Part shown: piece by piece, positions 62,496 through 64,000 of the stretch | Layout: the number at the start of each line of letters is the position of its first letter | Position numbering within the stretch: position 1 is the stretch's first letter | NCBI RefSeq assembly: GCF_006345805.1 | Contig: NC_043004.1 | Location: 74,648,001 to 74,712,000, forward strand | DNA: 64,000 nt | Source: Octopus sinensis | Taxonomy: Eukaryota | Direction of reading: 5' to 3' | Program-made: the position numbers and the translations under genes | Notes under the pieces: model-generated | The model's database searches: none | What the model saw: only the letters and a program-made list of their open reading frames with translations | Told to the model about the DNA's origin: nothing

Positions 62496-63792
62496 TACGA
62501 GGGGCGTTCAATAAGTAATGCCCCTGACCCACTTCCCATAGCAGTAGAGCAACGAAACTTGGCACAGTTATTAGTCTTTTTCTACATAGGAACCACCCAG
62601 AGTTACACATTTCTCCCATCGTTTGATGCAGCTCTGGCGACCGTTTTTTTAGAAGACCCCAGCTTGGTCATCCGACCACGACGTGACTTCAGAAATCAAG
62701 GCTGCATCATCTGGGAAACGCTTTTCCTTTCAAAAACAACTTCATGGCTGGGAAGAGGTGAAAATCAGAGGGTGCAAGGTCAGGAGAGTAGGGGGATGGG
62801 GAAGGAGTTCATAACCGCACGCCCGTGCTTCTGATCTGGCGACAAGCGAGTTATGGACCGGAGCGTTATCCTGCAGAAGGAGGATACCTTTGCTGATGTT
62901 GCCCCGCCTCTTGATTTTTATAGCTTCTCTTAATTTCCTCAAAAGTGAAGCACAATAGGCTCCTGTAATTGTGGTACCCTTTGCCAGGAAATCTGTCATC
63001 ACTACTCCGTCCTGGTCCCTGAAGACTGTGAGCATGACCTTACCAGCGGAGGGCTGCACCCTTGCCTTCTTTGGAGAAGGTGAATCACGGTGCTTCCACT
63101 GCATTGACTGGGCTTTGGTCTCTGGATCATAGTGATGGACCCAGGTTTTATCCTGTGTAATCAGTCTTTTGAAAAATTTTGACTCATCTTCTTGGCACAT
63201 CTCCAAATTCACCCTCGAGCACTCGACGCGTTCTTGCTTCTGGAAAGGTGTGAGCAGCCTGGGAATTCATCTGGCAGACACCTTTTGCATATGCAAATGG
63301 TCATGAATGATAGTTTCCACAGACCCGGTACTAATCTTGACCTCATGGGCTATTTGGCGAATAGTTATGCGTCGATCTTCCAAAATGGCAGCCTCAACCT
63401 GACGGACAGATGCCTCATCGACGGCAGAAGAGGGGCGACCAGATCTGGGAGCTGTTTCCACAGAGTTCCGACCATGTTTCAATTCACGATGCCACCGTTT
63501 TACAAGGTCATATGATGGGGCATCATCACAATAAGTTACTTTCATTTCATCAAAAGTCTCCCATGGTGTGCGTCCTTTCAAATACAAAAACCGAATCACT
63601 GCTCGACACTCAACAGGCTCCATTTCACACTTGACTCAGTTCAAACACCGGTAAATCAGAAACCACAATTAGTTCAAAGATGTTATTTGCTACTTAATCT
63701 ATAGAGATATAAATAATTGCACATGCAAAATTTCAGCTAGATCAAACAACTGCAAGTGGGTCATGGGAATTACTTATTGAACGTCCCTCGTA
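62496..63792 (-). mobile_element. Full-length mariner, same family as 44199-45491
   Basis: TA-flanked TIRs; WVHHYDPETK and QDNAP motifs; frameshifted. Confidence 0.95.
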
Positions 63793-63889
63793 AATATGTA
63801 TCTGTGTGTGCATGCGTGCATGTACATGTCTATGTGTTTTTATGCATGTATATATGTGTATGTATATACGTATATATATACATGTATAT

Positions 63890-63935
<46 letters not shown>

Positions 63936-64000
63936 TGTTGTAAGTATGTATATGTATATATGATTGTGCGTGTATTGTGATATGTTGTGTCTGTGTGTGA

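Overview
AT-rich, repeat-dense animal genomic DNA. The tRNA-Arg-like SINEs, long (TA)n/(CA)n microsatellites and TE mix suggest a cephalopod, probably an octopus (inference). Most of the window is decayed TEs: RTE, Tx1/L1, CR1/L2-like, R4/Dong, HERO-like and Penelope retroelements, mariner/Tc1, hAT, Helitron-like ends and SINEs. Two systems are not evident from the ORF track. (1) Two paralogous two-exon genes on the + strand (7573-8754 and 52678-61940) encode small secreted Cys-rich peptides with galaxin-like CC repeats. Their signal exon, phase-1 intron, upstream region (including kappaB-like sites) and 3' UTR are conserved, but the mature peptides are very divergent; the second has 10 Trp in about 52 residues and no acidic residues. 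(2) A family of roughly 400-560 bp non-coding monomers sits in TA microsatellites, and most carry a type-I hammerhead-like ribozyme. The largest example is a near-identical 559-bp array of about 8.6 copies in two divergent arms (20862-25695), whose geometry fits rolling-circle reverse transcription of a circular RNA with twin priming (retrozyme-like). All calls were made by eye, so TE boundaries are approximate.
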